From an uncultured Helicobacteraceae bacterium (GTDB lineage Bacteria > Campylobacterota > Campylobacteria > Campylobacterales > UBA6016): a stretch of 55,340 nt of DNA. Below are positions 16,707-36,657 of the stretch, in pieces. Position numbers and translations under genes: made by a program. The notes under the pieces were generated by a model. The model worked only from the letters and a program-made list of their open reading frames with translations, was not told where the DNA came from and ran no database searches. Each line of letters begins with the position of its first letter. Position 1 is the stretch's first letter. The stretch covers positions 1 through 55,340 of the forward strand of contig CALJKN010000221.1 in NCBI GenBank assembly GCA_937973585.1. The letters are read 5' to 3'.

Positions 16707-17915
16707 ATGGCAAAAGAGAAGTTTTCTCGTACGAAACCACACGTAAACATCGGTACAATCGGACACGTTGACCACGGTAAAACTACGCTAACTGCTGCGA
16801 TTACTGCGGTTCTTGCAAATAAAGGTCTTGCTGAAAAAAGAGGTTATGATCAAATCGATAACGCTCCTGAAGAAAAAGCAAGGGGTATAACAATCAATAC
16901 TTCACACGTTGAGTACGAGACTTCTACAAGACACTATGCTCACGTTGACTGCCCAGGGCACGCCGACTATGTTAAAAACATGATTACCGGTGCTGCACAA
17001 ATGGACGGCGCTATCCTTGTTATTGCTGCTACTGACGGTCCTATGGCTCAAACAAGAGAGCACATCCTTCTTGCAAGACAAGTTGGTGTTCCATACATCG
17101 TTGTTTTCCTAAACAAAGAAGATATGCTTGACGCTGCTGACAGAGCTGAAATGCTTGAACTAGTAGAAATGGAAGTTAGAGAACTTCTAAGCACTTATGA
17201 TTTCCCAGGTGACGATACACCAATCTGCACAGGTTCAGCTGTTCAAGCGCTTGACGCTGCTATGAAAGGCGAAAACAATGAGTGGACTGCAAAAATCGAA
17301 GCTCTTATGGAGGCTGTTGATAGCTACATCCCAACTCCTCAAAGAGAGACAGATAAGCCTTTCCTAATGCCTGTTGAAGACGTTTTCTCTATCTCTGGTA
17401 GGGGTACGGTTGTTACAGGTAGAGTTGAAAGAGGTATCATCAAACTTGGCGCTGAGATCGAAATCGTTGGTCTAAGAGATATCCAAAAAACAACTGTTAC
17501 AGGTATCGAAATGTTCCACAAAGAGATGGATCAAGGTGAAGCAGGTGATAACTGCGGTCTTCTACTTAGAGGTATCAAAAAAGAAGACGTTGAGAGAGGT
17601 ATGGTTCTTTGCCAACCAAAATCAATCGCTCCTCATACAGAGTTTGAAGCTGAAATATATGTACTAAGCAAAAACGAGGGTGGTAGACATACTCCATTCT
17701 TTGCAGGCTACAGACCACAGTTCTACATCAGAACTACTGACGTTACAGGTACTATCCAACTTCCAGAAGGCGTAGAGATGGTTATGCCAGGCGATAACAT
17801 CAAAGTTACTGCTAAACTAATCTCTCCAATCGCTATCGAAGAAGGTACAAGATTTGCGATCAGAGAAGGTGGCAAAACTGTTGGTGCCGGCGTTGTTTCT
17901 AAAATAATCGCCTAA
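16707..17915 (+). CDS. tuf: Elongation factor Tu
   Basis: 402 aa with [18 protein letters not shown] and NKED motifs. Conserved tRNA(Thr-Tyr-Gly-Thr)-tuf synteny. Confidence 0.99.
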   Translation: MAKEKFSRTKPHVNIGTIGHVDHGKTTLTAAITAVLANKGLAEKRGYDQIDNAPEEKARGITINTSHVEYETSTRHYAHVDCPGHADYVKNMITGAAQMDGAILVIAATDGPMAQTREHILLARQVGVPYIVVFLNKEDMLDAADRAEMLELVEMEVRELLSTYDFPGDDTPICTGSAVQALDAAMKGENNEWTAKIEALMEAVDSYIPTPQRETDKPFLMPVEDVFSISGRGTVVTGRVERGIIKLGAEIEIVGLRDIQKTTVTGIEMFHKEMDQGEAGDNCGLLLRGIKKEDVERGMVLCQPKSIAPHTEFEAEIYVLSKNEGGRHTPFFAGYRPQFYIRTTDVTGTIQLPEGVEMVMPGDNIKVTAKLISPIAIEEGTRFAIREGGKTVGAGVVSKIIA

Positions 17916-17981
17916 TCTACGATTTAAAAAGGTGTGGAGATTTACCTCTCCCGCCTTTTAATTATTTAAAGTGAGTTTGAT

Positions 17982-18134
17982 ATGAGAGAGATCGTACACC
18001 TAGCTTGCGAAAAGTGCGGAAGAAGAAACTACCACACTACTAAAAACAAAAAAACGCAAACTGAAAAACTTGCTCTTAAAAAATACTGCAAATTTGACAA
18101 AGAGCATACTACACATAAAGAGGCAAAACTCTAA
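17982..18134 (+). CDS. rpmG: 50S ribosomal protein L33
   Basis: Not in the ORF track because it is only 50 aa. My translation is [50 protein letters not shown]. It has the L33 zinc-ribbon pattern (CxxC...C) and the conserved tuf-rpmG-tRNA-Trp-secE position. Confidence 0.9.
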   Translation: MREIVHLACEKCGRRNYHTTKNKKTQTEKLALKKYCKFDKEHTTHKEAKL

Positions 18135-18153
18135 TTAGAGGCCTCTTTTTCTT

Positions 18154-18229
18154 AGGGCAGTAGTTCCAATGGTAGAACGACAGTCTCCAAAACTGTATGT
18201 TGTGGGTTCGAATCCTACCTGCCCTGCCA
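18154..18229 (+). tRNA. tRNA-Trp (anticodon CCA), 3'-CCA encoded
   Basis: Acceptor AGGGCAG/CTGCCCT, anticodon stem ACAGT/ACTGT with loop CT-CCA-AA, T-loop GGTTCGAATCC. Confidence 0.9.
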
Positions 18230-18303
18230 CATCGAAATCTTTAAGGTTTTTATTATCGGAAGCTTTAAATGTATCGATTTGATGTAAAGTGAATAGTTAA
18301 AAG

Positions 18304-18486
18304 ATGGAAAAATTTATTAATTACGTAAGGGTTTCCAAAGTTGAATTAAGTAAGGTGATATTCCCTCTTAAGCAACAGGTTAAAACTGCATTTTATGCTG
18401 TTTTAGTAGTCGTAACCGCCGTTTCACTCTATTTGGCGCTTGTAGACTGGATTATGTCTTTCTCGATAAAACACATTATAGGTTAG
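18304..18486 (+). CDS. secE: Preprotein translocase subunit SecE
   Basis: 60 aa, single TM helix, conserved position directly upstream of nusG. Confidence 0.9.
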   Translation: MEKFINYVRVSKVELSKVIFPLKQQVKTAFYAVLVVVTAVSLYLALVDWIMSFSIKHIIG

Positions 18487-18490
18487 AAAA

Positions 18491-19021
18491 ATGTCTCACA
18501 GATGGTATGCTATACAAGCTTATTCCGGTAGCGAAGTCAGCGTAAAAAAAGCGATTGTAGCTCTAGTAAATGAGCAAGGAATAGAAGAGAAGCTAGCCGA
18601 TATAGTTGTCCCTATGGAAGATGTAATCGAGCTCAAAAAAGGGAAGCAAAAGATAGTCGAAAGACCACTTTATGCTGGATATGTATTTGCTAAGCTAGAT
18701 TTAGACACTAGTTTATGGCAAAAAATTCAGTCCTTATCAAGGGTTGGAAAATTTATCGGTGAAGCAAAAAAACCTACACCGTTATCGGATAAAGATATTG
18801 AGCTTATCCTTGAGAAAGCTCATAATAAAAGTGCCCCAAAACCAAAAATCAACTTCTCTACTGCAGAGGTTGTTAGAATTATTGACGGTCCATTCGCAAA
18901 CTTTACCGGAATAGTAGAAGAGTATGATATGGCTCACGGAAAATTAAAACTGAATGTCTCGATTTTCGGTAGAAGTGCTCCGGTAGAGATACTTTGCACA
19001 CAAGTAGAAAAAATAGTTTAA
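18491..19021 (+). CDS. nusG: Transcription termination/antitermination factor NusG
   Basis: 176 aa. NGN domain ([11 protein letters not shown]) and C-terminal KOW domain ([19 protein letters not shown]). Confidence 0.97.
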   Translation: MSHRWYAIQAYSGSEVSVKKAIVALVNEQGIEEKLADIVVPMEDVIELKKGKQKIVERPLYAGYVFAKLDLDTSLWQKIQSLSRVGKFIGEAKKPTPLSDKDIELILEKAHNKSAPKPKINFSTAEVVRIIDGPFANFTGIVEEYDMAHGKLKLNVSIFGRSAPVEILCTQVEKIV

Positions 19022-19040
19022 TCTTAGGAAAGGATATAAA

Positions 19041-19466
19041 ATGGCTAAAAAAGTAATTGGCGAAATTAAATTGCAAATCGAAGCCGGCAAAGCTAACCCT
19101 GCGCCGCCTATCGGTCCTGCTCTCGGTGCGAGAGGGGTAAATATTATGGAGTTCTGTAAAGCGTTTAACGAAAAAACAAAAGATCAAATGGGTTGGAGAC
19201 TTCCTGTTGTTATTACTGTTTATTCGGATAAAAGCTTCAGCTTCATAACAAAGCAACCTCCAATGACGGAGCTTATCAAAAAGACTGCAAAAATAGATAG
19301 AGGTAGCTCTAATCCACTTAAAGACAAAGTCGGTAAGTTGACGAAAGCTCAAGTTATGGAGATCGTCGAGAGAAAAATCGTCGATATGAACACAACCGAT
19401 AAAGATGCTGCTGCTAGAATCGTAGAAGGTTCCGCAAGAAGCATGGGTATCGTAATAGCCGAATAA
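19041..19466 (+). CDS. rplK: 50S ribosomal protein L11
   Basis: 141 aa with the motif [20 protein letters not shown]. Confidence 0.98.
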   Translation: MAKKVIGEIKLQIEAGKANPAPPIGPALGARGVNIMEFCKAFNEKTKDQMGWRLPVVITVYSDKSFSFITKQPPMTELIKKTAKIDRGSSNPLKDKVGKLTKAQVMEIVERKIVDMNTTDKDAAARIVEGSARSMGIVIAE

Positions 19467-19537
19467 TTCGGCAAACTCACGGAACACCGCATCCGTCTAA
19501 AATAGCGGTAGCTTAAAAAATTAAAAGCGAGAATAAT

Positions 19538-20242
19538 ATGGCAAAAAAAACACCAAAAAGACTTGAGGCTCTTAAAGCTAAAGTTGATATAGAAAAAAAT
19601 TACTCTACCGCAGAAGGTATGGCGCTTGTTAGAGAACTAAAAAGTGCTAAATTTGACGAAACGGTTGAACTATGCGTACAACTAAACGTTGACCCGAGAC
19701 ATGCGGATCAAATGGTTAGAGGTGCCGTTGTCCTTCCTAAGGGGACAGGTAAGACTGTAAGAGTTGCAGTTTTTGCAAAAAACCAAAAAGCTGAAGAGGC
19801 AAAAGCTGCCGGAGCTGACGTAGTCGGTGACGAAGATTTGGCTGAAGAGATCAAAAACGGCAGACTTGACTTTGATATAGTTATTGCTACTCCTGATACA
19901 ATGGGTATTATCGGTAAAATCGGTAAAATCCTAGGGCCAAAAGGTCTTATGCCGAACCCTAAAACGGGTACGGTAACTATGGATGTGACAAAAGCTGTTA
20001 ATAATGCAAAAAGCGGTCAAGTTAATTTTAGAGTTGACAAAAAAGGTAACATTCATGCAGGTATCGGCAAGGTAAGCTTCTCAACAGAAGATCTACTTGA
20101 AAATGCCTACGAACTTGTAAAAACTCTAAATAGGCTTAAACCGGCCGGTGCAAAAGGTAGATATATGAAAGGTGCTTATCTTTCACTTACACAATCACCG
20201 TCTGTAAAACTTGAGCCTTCTGAACTTATTGATATTAGATAA
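19538..20242 (+). CDS. rplA: 50S ribosomal protein L1
   Basis: 234 aa with FDETVEL...[14 protein letters not shown]. Confidence 0.98.
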   Translation: MAKKTPKRLEALKAKVDIEKNYSTAEGMALVRELKSAKFDETVELCVQLNVDPRHADQMVRGAVVLPKGTGKTVRVAVFAKNQKAEEAKAAGADVVGDEDLAEEIKNGRLDFDIVIATPDTMGIIGKIGKILGPKGLMPNPKTGTVTMDVTKAVNNAKSGQVNFRVDKKGNIHAGIGKVSFSTEDLLENAYELVKTLNRLKPAGAKGRYMKGAYLSLTQSPSVKLEPSELIDIR

Positions 20243-20324
20243 TTTATCTTAAGACTGATGATGACGGGTGGATCTTTCCATAAATCCTGTCTGAAGTCTT
20301 CGGTCTGGAAAGGAGTAGAAAAAA

Positions 20325-20807
20325 ATGACTAGAGAACAAAAAAGCAATCTAATCGAAACTCTATCAGCCGAGTTTGGCGCTAGTCAAGGGATCGCAGTTG
20401 CTGGCTATAGAGCCGTAACCGTTAAAGAACTTGAAGCCATGAGAAACGAAGCAAGAGCTAACGGTCTAAAAGTTAAAGTAGTAAAAAACACTTTGGCTGC
20501 TATTGCGTTGTCAAAAGCAAATATAGAAGGTCTTGAACTCAAAGATACAAACATAGTTGTTTGGGGTCCGGATCAACTTGATGTTTGCAAACTGATAGCA
20601 AAATTTGCCGATAGCTACAAAGATAGACTAGTAGTCAAATCAGCATACCTTGACGGTAAAGCTGTTGATGCGTCAACTGTTATCGCAATGTCTAAGCTAC
20701 CAAGCAAAAACGAACTTATCGGTATGCTACTGTCTGTTTGGACAGCGCCTGCCAGAATGTTTGCAACTGCGCTTGACGAACTTAGAAAACAAAAAGAGAG
20801 TGCTTAA
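20325..20807 (+). CDS. rplJ: 50S ribosomal protein L10
   Basis: 160 aa, in the conserved position between rplA and rplL. Confidence 0.95.
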   Translation: MTREQKSNLIETLSAEFGASQGIAVAGYRAVTVKELEAMRNEARANGLKVKVVKNTLAAIALSKANIEGLELKDTNIVVWGPDQLDVCKLIAKFADSYKDRLVVKSAYLDGKAVDASTVIAMSKLPSKNELIGMLLSVWTAPARMFATALDELRKQKESA

Positions 20808-20976
20808 TAATACATTTTATATAGCTATAACCGTTGCTTAGCGAATAGCTTTTGTACTCGGCTTTGCCGGTATAATTTTATGTTGCACTTTATGTGCCCT
20901 TAGCGGCCAACATAGCCTAAAGAGTTCTGCTCTATTCGGCATATAATTAAAATATATTTTAGAAGGGGATTTTGAA

Positions 20977-21351
20977 ATGTCAGTTACAAAAGAACAAGTA
21001 ATAGAATTCATAGCCGGTCTTACAGTACTTGAACTATCTGAACTTGTAAAAGAGTTCGAAGAAAAATTCGGTGTATCTGCTCAGCCGGTAGTTATGGCTG
21101 GTGCCGTAGCAGGTGCTGCTGCTGCCGCAGTTGAAGAAAAAACTGAGTTTGATGTTATCCTTGCAAGCTCAGGCGAGAAAAAAATCAACGTAATTAAAGT
21201 TCTAAGAGAGCTTACAGGTCTTGGTCTTGCTGAGGCTAAAAAAGCTTCCGAAGAGACTCCGTTTACTGTTAAAACTGGTATCGCTAAAGCGGAAGCTGAC
21301 GAAATCAAAGCTAAACTTGAAGAAGTTGGCGCTAAAGTCGAAGTTAAATAA
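20977..21351 (+). CDS. rplL: 50S ribosomal protein L7/L12
   Basis: 124 aa. N-terminal dimerisation helix, Ala-rich hinge ([15 protein letters not shown]) and C-terminal domain ([20 protein letters not shown]). Confidence 0.98.
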   Translation: MSVTKEQVIEFIAGLTVLELSELVKEFEEKFGVSAQPVVMAGAVAGAAAAAVEEKTEFDVILASSGEKKINVIKVLRELTGLGLAEAKKASEETPFTVKTGIAKAEADEIKAKLEEVGAKVEVK

Positions 21352-21362
21352 TTTTTCTCATG

Positions 21363-21386
21363 GGTCGCTTCGGCGACCTTTTATTT
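21363..21386 (+). terminator. Hairpin plus T-tract between rplL and rpoB (probable attenuator/partial terminator)
   Basis: GGTCGC-ttcg-GCGACC followed by TTTTATTTT. An attenuator occupies this position in the E. coli rplJL-rpoBC operon. Confidence 0.6.
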
Positions 21387-21420
21387 TGGTAATTCCACTG
21401 TCTAAATTTTCTCTAACTAA

Positions 21421-30102
<8,682 letters not shown>

Positions 30103-30114
30103 AAAACCTGCATT

Positions 30115-30152
30115 CCTTAGAGTCCACTTAAGAGGACTCTAAGGGCTTTTTT
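30115..30152 (+). terminator. Rho-independent terminator after rpoC
   Basis: An 11-bp perfect stem CCTTAGAGTCC/GGACTCTAAGG with an 8-nt loop, followed by GC and TTTTTT. Confidence 0.8.
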
Positions 30153-30195
30153 AATACAATCGCAATCCTAAATTTTTTCGCAAAAGGAATTTATA

Positions 30196-30603
30196 GTGCC
30201 AACAATTAATCAATTGGTAAGAAGAGAAAGGAAAAAGGTGACTGTAAAGTCTAAGTCTCCAGCTCTTGCCGAATGTCCTCAAAGAAGAGGCGTTTGCACA
30301 AGAGTTTATACGACTACCCCTAAAAAACCAAACTCGGCTCTTAGAAAAGTTGCAAAAGTAAGACTAACGAGCGGTTTTGAAGTAATTAGCTATATCCCTG
30401 GTGAGGGACACAACCTTCAAGAGCACTCTATTGTGCTTGTAAGAGGCGGTAGGGTAAAAGACTTACCGGGTGTTAAATACCATATCGTAAGGGGTGCCCT
30501 AGATACTGCAGGTGTTGCAAAACGAACAGTTTCTAGATCTAAATACGGTGCAAAAAGACCAAAACCGGGTCAAGCTGCGGCTACAACCGGTAAAAAGAAA
30601 TAA
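30196..30603 (+). CDS. rpsL: 30S ribosomal protein S12
   Basis: 135 aa with a GTG start. N-terminus PTINQLVR, motif [10 protein letters not shown], and a basic C-terminal tail. Confidence 0.98.
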   Translation: MPTINQLVRRERKKVTVKSKSPALAECPQRRGVCTRVYTTTPKKPNSALRKVAKVRLTSGFEVISYIPGEGHNLQEHSIVLVRGGRVKDLPGVKYHIVRGALDTAGVAKRTVSRSKYGAKRPKPGQAAATTGKKK

Positions 30604-30607
30604 TTAA

Positions 30608-31090
<483 letters not shown>

Positions 31091-31102
31091 CAATCAAAAG
31101 TT

Positions 31103-31133
31103 AGGCAAGGGTGTAATGCCCTTGCCTTTTTTT
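31103..31133 (+). terminator. Strong hairpin plus T-tract between rpsG and fusA
   Basis: AGGCAAGGG-tgtaatg-CCCTTGCCT followed by TTTTTTTG. Confidence 0.7.
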
Positions 31134-31183
31134 GTTTATATACTTTTATACCTCATAATAATCCAAATTTTAAGGAACTGAAA

Positions 31184-33262
31184 ATGTCTAGAACAGTCCC
31201 ATTGGACAAAATTAGAAACATCGGTATCGCAGCCCACATCGATGCCGGAAAAACAACCACTACCGAGAGAATCCTATTTTATACCGGTATGTCACACAAA
31301 ATAGGCGAGGTTCACGACGGCGCCGCTACTATGGACTGGATGGAACAAGAGAAAGAAAGAGGTATTACTATTACTTCTGCGGCTACTACTTGTCAATGGA
31401 AAGATATCCAAATCAATATCATCGACACTCCGGGACACGTTGACTTTACAATCGAAGTTGAAAGGTCTATGAGGGTTCTTGACGGTGCTGTTGCAGTATT
31501 CTGTGCGGTTGGCGCTGTTCAGCCACAATCTGAAACTGTTTGGAGACAAGCAAATAGATACGGCGTTCCAAGAATTATCTATGTAAACAAAATGGACAGA
31601 ACGGGCGCTGACTTTTACAATGTTATCAACTCTGTAAAATCAAGACTAAAAGCTAATCCGGTACCACTTCAAATACCAATCGGCGCTGAAGAAAACTTCC
31701 AAGGTATTGTTGACCTTGTTGAGATGAAAGCGTACACTTGGACAGGTGAAATCGGTGCAAAAGCAACCGTAGGAGAAATTCCTGCAGACCTAAAAGAAAA
31801 AGCGGAAGAGTTCAGAAAAATACTAGTAGAAGCTGCTGCTGAGTCTGATGAAGAACTTATGATGAAATTCCTTGAGGGCGAAGAGCTAACAGAGGAAGAG
31901 ATAATCAAGGGTATCAAAGCAGGTTGCCTTGCAATGACTATCACTCCAATGCTGTGCGGATCTTCGTTTAAAAACAAAGGTACCGAAAAAATGCTTGACG
32001 CAGTTGTAACATACCTTCCGTCACCAACCGAAGTTGCGCAAATAAAAGGTATCGATCCTAAAAATGAAGAAGAAGTTGTTGTTAACTCAACCGATGAAAA
32101 TTTCTCTGCACTTGCGTTCAAAATTATGACAGACCCTTTTGTCGGTCAGCTAACTTTCGTAAGGGTTTACTCTGGTAAACTAGAGAGCGGTAGCTACGTT
32201 CAAAACTCTACAAAAGAGAAAAAAGAGAGGGTAGGCCGTCTTCTAAAGATGCATGCAAACAAAAGAGAAGAGGTAAAAGAGCTTTACGCAGGTGATATCG
32301 GTGCGGTGGTCGGTCTAAAAGATACGCTAACGGGCGATACTCTGTGCGATGATTCTCATCCTGTTATCCTTGAGAGAATGACATTCCCAGAGCCTGTTAT
32401 CTCTATCGCAGTTGAGCCAAAAACAAAAGCTGACCAAGAAAAAATGGGTCTTGCGCTTAAAAAACTAGCGGAAGAGGATCCAAGCTTTAGAGTAAGTTCT
32501 GACGAAGAGACAGGTCAAACAATTATCTCAGGTATGGGTGAGCTTCACCTTGAGATTATCGTTGACAGGATGAAGAGAGAGTTCAAAGTCGAAGCAAACG
32601 TGGGTAACCCGCAAGTTTCGTACAGAGAAACAATCAAGGGTGCTACAAAATCAGAGTGTAAATACGCAAAACAATCAGGCGGTAAAGGTCAGTACGGTCA
32701 CGTTGTATTTGAGATTGAACCGCTTGAAGCAGGTAAGGGTTTCGAGTTTGTCGACGCTATAAAAGGCGGCGTAATTCCAAGAGAGTTTATCCCGGCTGTT
32801 GAAAAAGGTGTTAGAGAGACCCTTACGGGCGGTGTTCTAGCCGGATATCCGTTTGTTGACGTAAAAGTAACACTAACATTCGGTTCTTACCATGATGTTG
32901 ACTCATCTGAGCTTGCGTTTAAACTTGCAGCTTCTATGGCATTCAAAGACGGTGCCAGAAAAGCCGGTATTGCACTTCTTGAGCCAATCATGAAGGTTGA
33001 ATGTGAAATGCCTGAAGATTATATGGGTGACGTTATCGGTGACCTAAATAGAAGAAGAGGGCAAATTCAAGAGATGGATGAGAGAAATGGCGTAAAAGTT
33101 GTTACGGCTATGGTTCCGCTCTCGGAAATGTTCGGTTATTCTACTGATATCAGATCTATGACTCAAGGTAGAGGTTCATACTCTATGGAGTTTGACCACT
33201 ATGAAGAGGCTCCAAGAAACGTAACCGAAGAGATTGTCAAAAAAAGAAACGCTTCAGCATAA
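31184..33262 (+). CDS. fusA: Elongation factor G
   Basis: 692 aa with motifs [20 protein letters not shown] and NKMD. Confidence 0.99.
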   Translation: MSRTVPLDKIRNIGIAAHIDAGKTTTTERILFYTGMSHKIGEVHDGAATMDWMEQEKERGITITSAATTCQWKDIQINIIDTPGHVDFTIEVERSMRVLDGAVAVFCAVGAVQPQSETVWRQANRYGVPRIIYVNKMDRTGADFYNVINSVKSRLKANPVPLQIPIGAEENFQGIVDLVEMKAYTWTGEIGAKATVGEIPADLKEKAEEFRKILVEAAAESDEELMMKFLEGEELTEEEIIKGIKAGCLAMTITPMLCGSSFKNKGTEKMLDAVVTYLPSPTEVAQIKGIDPKNEEEVVVNSTDENFSALAFKIMTDPFVGQLTFVRVYSGKLESGSYVQNSTKEKKERVGRLLKMHANKREEVKELYAGDIGAVVGLKDTLTGDTLCDDSHPVILERMTFPEPVISIAVEPKTKADQEKMGLALKKLAEEDPSFRVSSDEETGQTIISGMGELHLEIIVDRMKREFKVEANVGNPQVSYRETIKGATKSECKYAKQSGGKGQYGHVVFEIEPLEAGKGFEFVDAIKGGVIPREFIPAVEKGVRETLTGGVLAGYPFVDVKVTLTFGSYHDVDSSELAFKLAASMAFKDGARKAGIALLEPIMKVECEMPEDYMGDVIGDLNRRRGQIQEMDERNGVKVVTAMVPLSEMFGYSTDIRSMTQGRGSYSMEFDHYEEAPRNVTEEIVKKRNASA

Positions 33263-33570
33263 TTTCCCCTAAATCGGAGGTGGTTTTCCGCCTTCGATTC
33301 CACTTATAATCACTTAGCATGTATCAAAAGTAAACTTTTTATTTTATTTCTAAAATATTTTCATACATTTTTGTATAGTTTAGAAAATTATCTTTGGATA
33401 TCTACAAATAAGCCTTTCTCACAAAATATAAAATAGTTTTTTCTTATAATAGGCCTAACTATGGATAATTTTTTAAGTATTTTATAATGTTATTTTGTGT
33501 TAAATGTTGTTTTATGCTACCCAAATAAGGTGAGGCATGTCCGACCCTAACAAATTTAAGGAAGACACAC

Positions 33571-35046
33571 ATGTACAATAAGGATATTTTTCCTGATTTA
33601 GAACAAAGAGTGGAAGAGGCCGTTAAAAACGGAGAACTCAGTAGAAGGGATGCGCTAAAAGTATTTGCTTTTGCTTCAGGTGCATTGATGATAGGGGAGA
33701 CCTCATTGTTTGCCGACGGCAATGAGACAAATGCAACAGATGCAAATGCAACGCCTAAGCTAAAACAAGGGATGGACGCTAAAATCGTTATTATCGGTGG
33801 CGGTTCGGCGGGTATCACTGTAGCTGCCAGACTTGTAAAAGCTGACGTTAAGCCTGAAAACATAACATTGGTTGAGCCAAGCGATAAACACGTTTACCAA
33901 CCTGGGCAAACTCTTGTTGCAGGCGGCATCAAAACACTTGAGAGCCTAATTAAAGACGAAGCTGATTATGTACCGAGCGGCGTAAACTGGGTAAAAGAGA
34001 AAGCCGTAGAGTTTGTGGCAGAGACAAATACGGTTAAGCTTGCAAGTGGCAAAACACTAAATTATGATTATCTTGTAGTTGCCGCCGGTTTGCAATATAA
34101 CTATTCAAAAATCAAAGGCTTAACTGCCGATATGATCGGTAAAGACGGTATACATTGTATTTATGATCCAAAAGGCTCCGTTGCTATGTGGGAAGCTATG
34201 CAACAATTAAAAGGCGGCAATCTTCTATTCACCAACCCTTCAACTCCAATCAAATGTGGCGGTGCTCCACAAAAAATTATGTATCTAACTGAAGATTATA
34301 TGAGAAACTATAGCAATACCAGAAAAGATGCGAAAATAGAATTCATGACAGCAGGTGGAAAATATTTTGGTGTTCCTGCATATCATGAGGCTGTTGTAGG
34401 CTTTGTAAAAGAAAAAGAGATCAATACAAGCTTTAGCCATAATCTGGTTGAAGTAAAACCAACTGAAAAAATTGCAATATTTGAGAAAAAAACTAAAGTA
34501 AAAGTATTCGATAAAGATCTTGGTGAAGAGATTGAAGAGGAAAAAATCGAATTGGTTGAGAAAAAATACGATCTTCTTCACATTGTGCCTCCGATGAGTC
34601 CGGTAGAAGAGGTTGTAAAGAGCCCATTTGTTAACAACAAAGGGTGGATGTTTGTCGATGAACAAACAATGCAAAGCAAAAAATTCCCTAACGTATTCGG
34701 GATTGGCGATTGTATAGGTACGCCATTTGGTAAGACAGGCGGCTCTGTAAGAAAACAAGCCCCGGTGCTTGTTCAAAATATGATTGCCCTCATGAACGGT
34801 AAAGCAATGGAAGGGAAATATAACGGCTATACAGTTTGCCCGCTAATCACAAAAAGAGGCAAAGTTATGCTTGCCGAGTTTGGTTATAGCAAAGAGCAAG
34901 TTGAGAAGAAAGAACCTATTACAAAAGCTGACGCTATGCCGAGCTTCCCGCTTGATCCAGCTCAAGAGAGATGGCTATGGTGGGTATTTAAAGTATATCT
35001 ACTGCCTCCAATGTATTGGTATGGTATGCTTAGAGGTAGAGCGTAA
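33571..35046 (+). CDS. sqr: Sulfide:quinone oxidoreductase, type II (SQOR-like), with a twin-arginine signal
   Basis: 491 aa. Tat motif LSRRDALKVFAFASGAL and FAD-binding fold IVIIGGGSAGI. Redox Cys motifs IKCGGAPQKIMYL and GIGDCIG match human SQOR KCAGAPQK / GDC by eye. The C-terminus LLPPMYWYGMLRG resembles the SQOR membrane-anchor region. Confidence 0.75.
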   Translation: MYNKDIFPDLEQRVEEAVKNGELSRRDALKVFAFASGALMIGETSLFADGNETNATDANATPKLKQGMDAKIVIIGGGSAGITVAARLVKADVKPENITLVEPSDKHVYQPGQTLVAGGIKTLESLIKDEADYVPSGVNWVKEKAVEFVAETNTVKLASGKTLNYDYLVVAAGLQYNYSKIKGLTADMIGKDGIHCIYDPKGSVAMWEAMQQLKGGNLLFTNPSTPIKCGGAPQKIMYLTEDYMRNYSNTRKDAKIEFMTAGGKYFGVPAYHEAVVGFVKEKEINTSFSHNLVEVKPTEKIAIFEKKTKVKVFDKDLGEEIEEEKIELVEKKYDLLHIVPPMSPVEEVVKSPFVNNKGWMFVDEQTMQSKKFPNVFGIGDCIGTPFGKTGGSVRKQAPVLVQNMIALMNGKAMEGKYNGYTVCPLITKRGKVMLAEFGYSKEQVEKKEPITKADAMPSFPLDPAQERWLWWVFKVYLLPPMYWYGMLRGRA

Positions 35047-35065
35047 GCTTTTATACTGTTTTGCT

Positions 35066-35101
35066 AGGGGAGGGGGTCTTTTGGCCTTCTCCCCTTTTTT
35101 T
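35066..35101 (+). terminator. Rho-independent terminator after sqr
   Basis: AGGGGAGGGGGTC / GGCCTTCTCCCCT stem (includes G-U pairs) followed by a run of 7 T. Confidence 0.7.
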
Positions 35102-35265
35102 GTGCCTAAAATTAATTTTTAATTAAATAGTATAAAATTTATCTGTTTTTAATTTAATATTAACTAGCATTATACTTTCATAAGTAACTCATAATAGACG
35201 TTTATATGACAGTCTAAACTGCCACTAAAACGCCTACTACTTAAACTTTAAGAAGGGGTCGTTAA

Positions 35266-36654
35266 ATGGAGCAAAATCCAAACAAACAAGATTTCAAAAA
35301 AGAGTTTATGAAAAAGTGGACACCGTATTTTAAACAACGGTATATCTTTTTCATTTTTATAACCTTGATCTCGCTGGTGTTGCCTTTTATAAAAATAAAC
35401 GGCAATCATATATTCTTGCTGTCGTTTGATAAAAAGCAACTTCATCTAATGGGGATTGCTTTTGATATGCAAGAGCTATATCTAATGCCTTTTTTGCTTA
35501 TCATGCTCTTTATGGTTGTTTTCTTTCTTACAACGCTTGGCGGTAGGGTATGGTGCGGATGGGCCTGTCCTCAAACAATCTTTAGAGTTCTATATAGGGA
35601 TTTTATCGAGGGTAAACTCCTTGGTATGAACACTAGAAGAAATAAGCAAAAAACAAAAACAAACAGTATAAAAAAAGTTATTGCAATAGCTTTATGGTCT
35701 GTTTTTGCGGTGATAGCTGCATCCAACTTTATGTGGTATTTTATACCGCCCGAAGACTTTTTTGCTTATATGGCGAATCCGGCGGAACACAAGGTATTAC
35801 TCGGTTTTGTAGGAGTAATAGCCCTATTTTTGATTTATGATGTCGTATTCTTGGCTGAAAACTTTTGTGTTTATATCTGCCCTTATGCAAGAATCCAATC
35901 TGTTATGTATGACAACAATACAATTATGGAGATTTATGACGAAAAAAGAGGCGGTCTTATTTATGACGAGAGCGGCAAAAAAATAGCCGATAAACCTAGT
36001 AACGGTGACTGTGTGGGTTGTATGGCATGCGTCAATGTCTGCCCGACTCATATAGATATCAGAAAAGGTTTACAGCTTGAGTGTATCAACTGCCTTGAGT
36101 GTGCCGATGCGTGTGCCCCTGTAATGGCTAGTCTGGGTAAAGAAAACCTAATCAAATGGACGAGTTATGAGGCCATGGAAAAAGGAAAGACAAAAATCTT
36201 CAGATTTAGAATTATTGCCTACATCGTCATGTTGGCTTTAGCCTTTGCAGGTTTGATACTTCTTGGTTCCAAAAAAGAGAATATGCTCTTAAATATTAAC
36301 AGAACTAGTGAGTTATATGCGGTTAAAGATGGAGGCGTTATAGAAAATCACTACACGTTCTTATTTCAAAATACAGATAGCCAACCGCACGAGTACTATT
36401 TTGAAGTTATCGGTAGCAAAGATATAACAATTTCAAGACCAAAAGAGAGCTTCAAGCTGAATCCAGGAAGTAAAGTCAATAAGGTCGTTGTATTGTCGAC
36501 CGATAAAGAACTGGTAAAAAATGACAGAAAAGATACCCCGATACCGATCAAGATCAGGGCTTTTGCGGTAGACAAGAAAGATCTGATAGTTGTAGAGAGG
36601 GATGCGGTATTTTTCTATCCGTCTCTTGAAGTTATAAAACAAAAAGCAAAATAA
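35266..36654 (+). CDS. ccoG: CcoG/FixG-family membrane ferredoxin (cbb3 oxidase accessory protein)
   Basis: 462 aa. Has the CGWACPQT motif and two 4Fe-4S ferredoxin motifs (CVGCMACVNVCP, CINCLECADAC), TM helices and a C-terminal Ig-like region. Confidence 0.85.
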   Translation: MEQNPNKQDFKKEFMKKWTPYFKQRYIFFIFITLISLVLPFIKINGNHIFLLSFDKKQLHLMGIAFDMQELYLMPFLLIMLFMVVFFLTTLGGRVWCGWACPQTIFRVLYRDFIEGKLLGMNTRRNKQKTKTNSIKKVIAIALWSVFAVIAASNFMWYFIPPEDFFAYMANPAEHKVLLGFVGVIALFLIYDVVFLAENFCVYICPYARIQSVMYDNNTIMEIYDEKRGGLIYDESGKKIADKPSNGDCVGCMACVNVCPTHIDIRKGLQLECINCLECADACAPVMASLGKENLIKWTSYEAMEKGKTKIFRFRIIAYIVMLALAFAGLILLGSKKENMLLNINRTSELYAVKDGGVIENHYTFLFQNTDSQPHEYYFEVIGSKDITISRPKESFKLNPGSKVNKVVVLSTDKELVKNDRKDTPIPIKIRAFAVDKKDLIVVERDAVFFYPSLEVIKQKAK

Positions 36655-36657
36655 AAT

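Noticed and set aside
20243-20324. Possible L10(L12)4-binding leader structure upstream of rplJ; similarly a possible L1-binding site at 19467-19537.
   Set aside because: I could see small local hairpins but could not match them to a known leader consensus by eye. This needs a covariance-model scan before any claim.
33537-33581. 14-codon upstream ORF (MSDPNKFKEDTHVQ) overlapping the sqr start codon out of frame, as a possible leader peptide.
   Set aside because: It is very short, the SD-like AAGGTGA is only about 3 nt from its ATG, and nothing distinguishes it from a chance ORF in AT-rich leader DNA without conservation data.
33459-33863. 134-aa minus-strand ORF bridging the fusA-sqr intergenic region and the sqr 5' end.
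   Set aside because: Most of it is antisense to the Tat signal and FAD-binding region of sqr, with shadow-ORF composition. The intergenic part is AT-rich promoter-like DNA.
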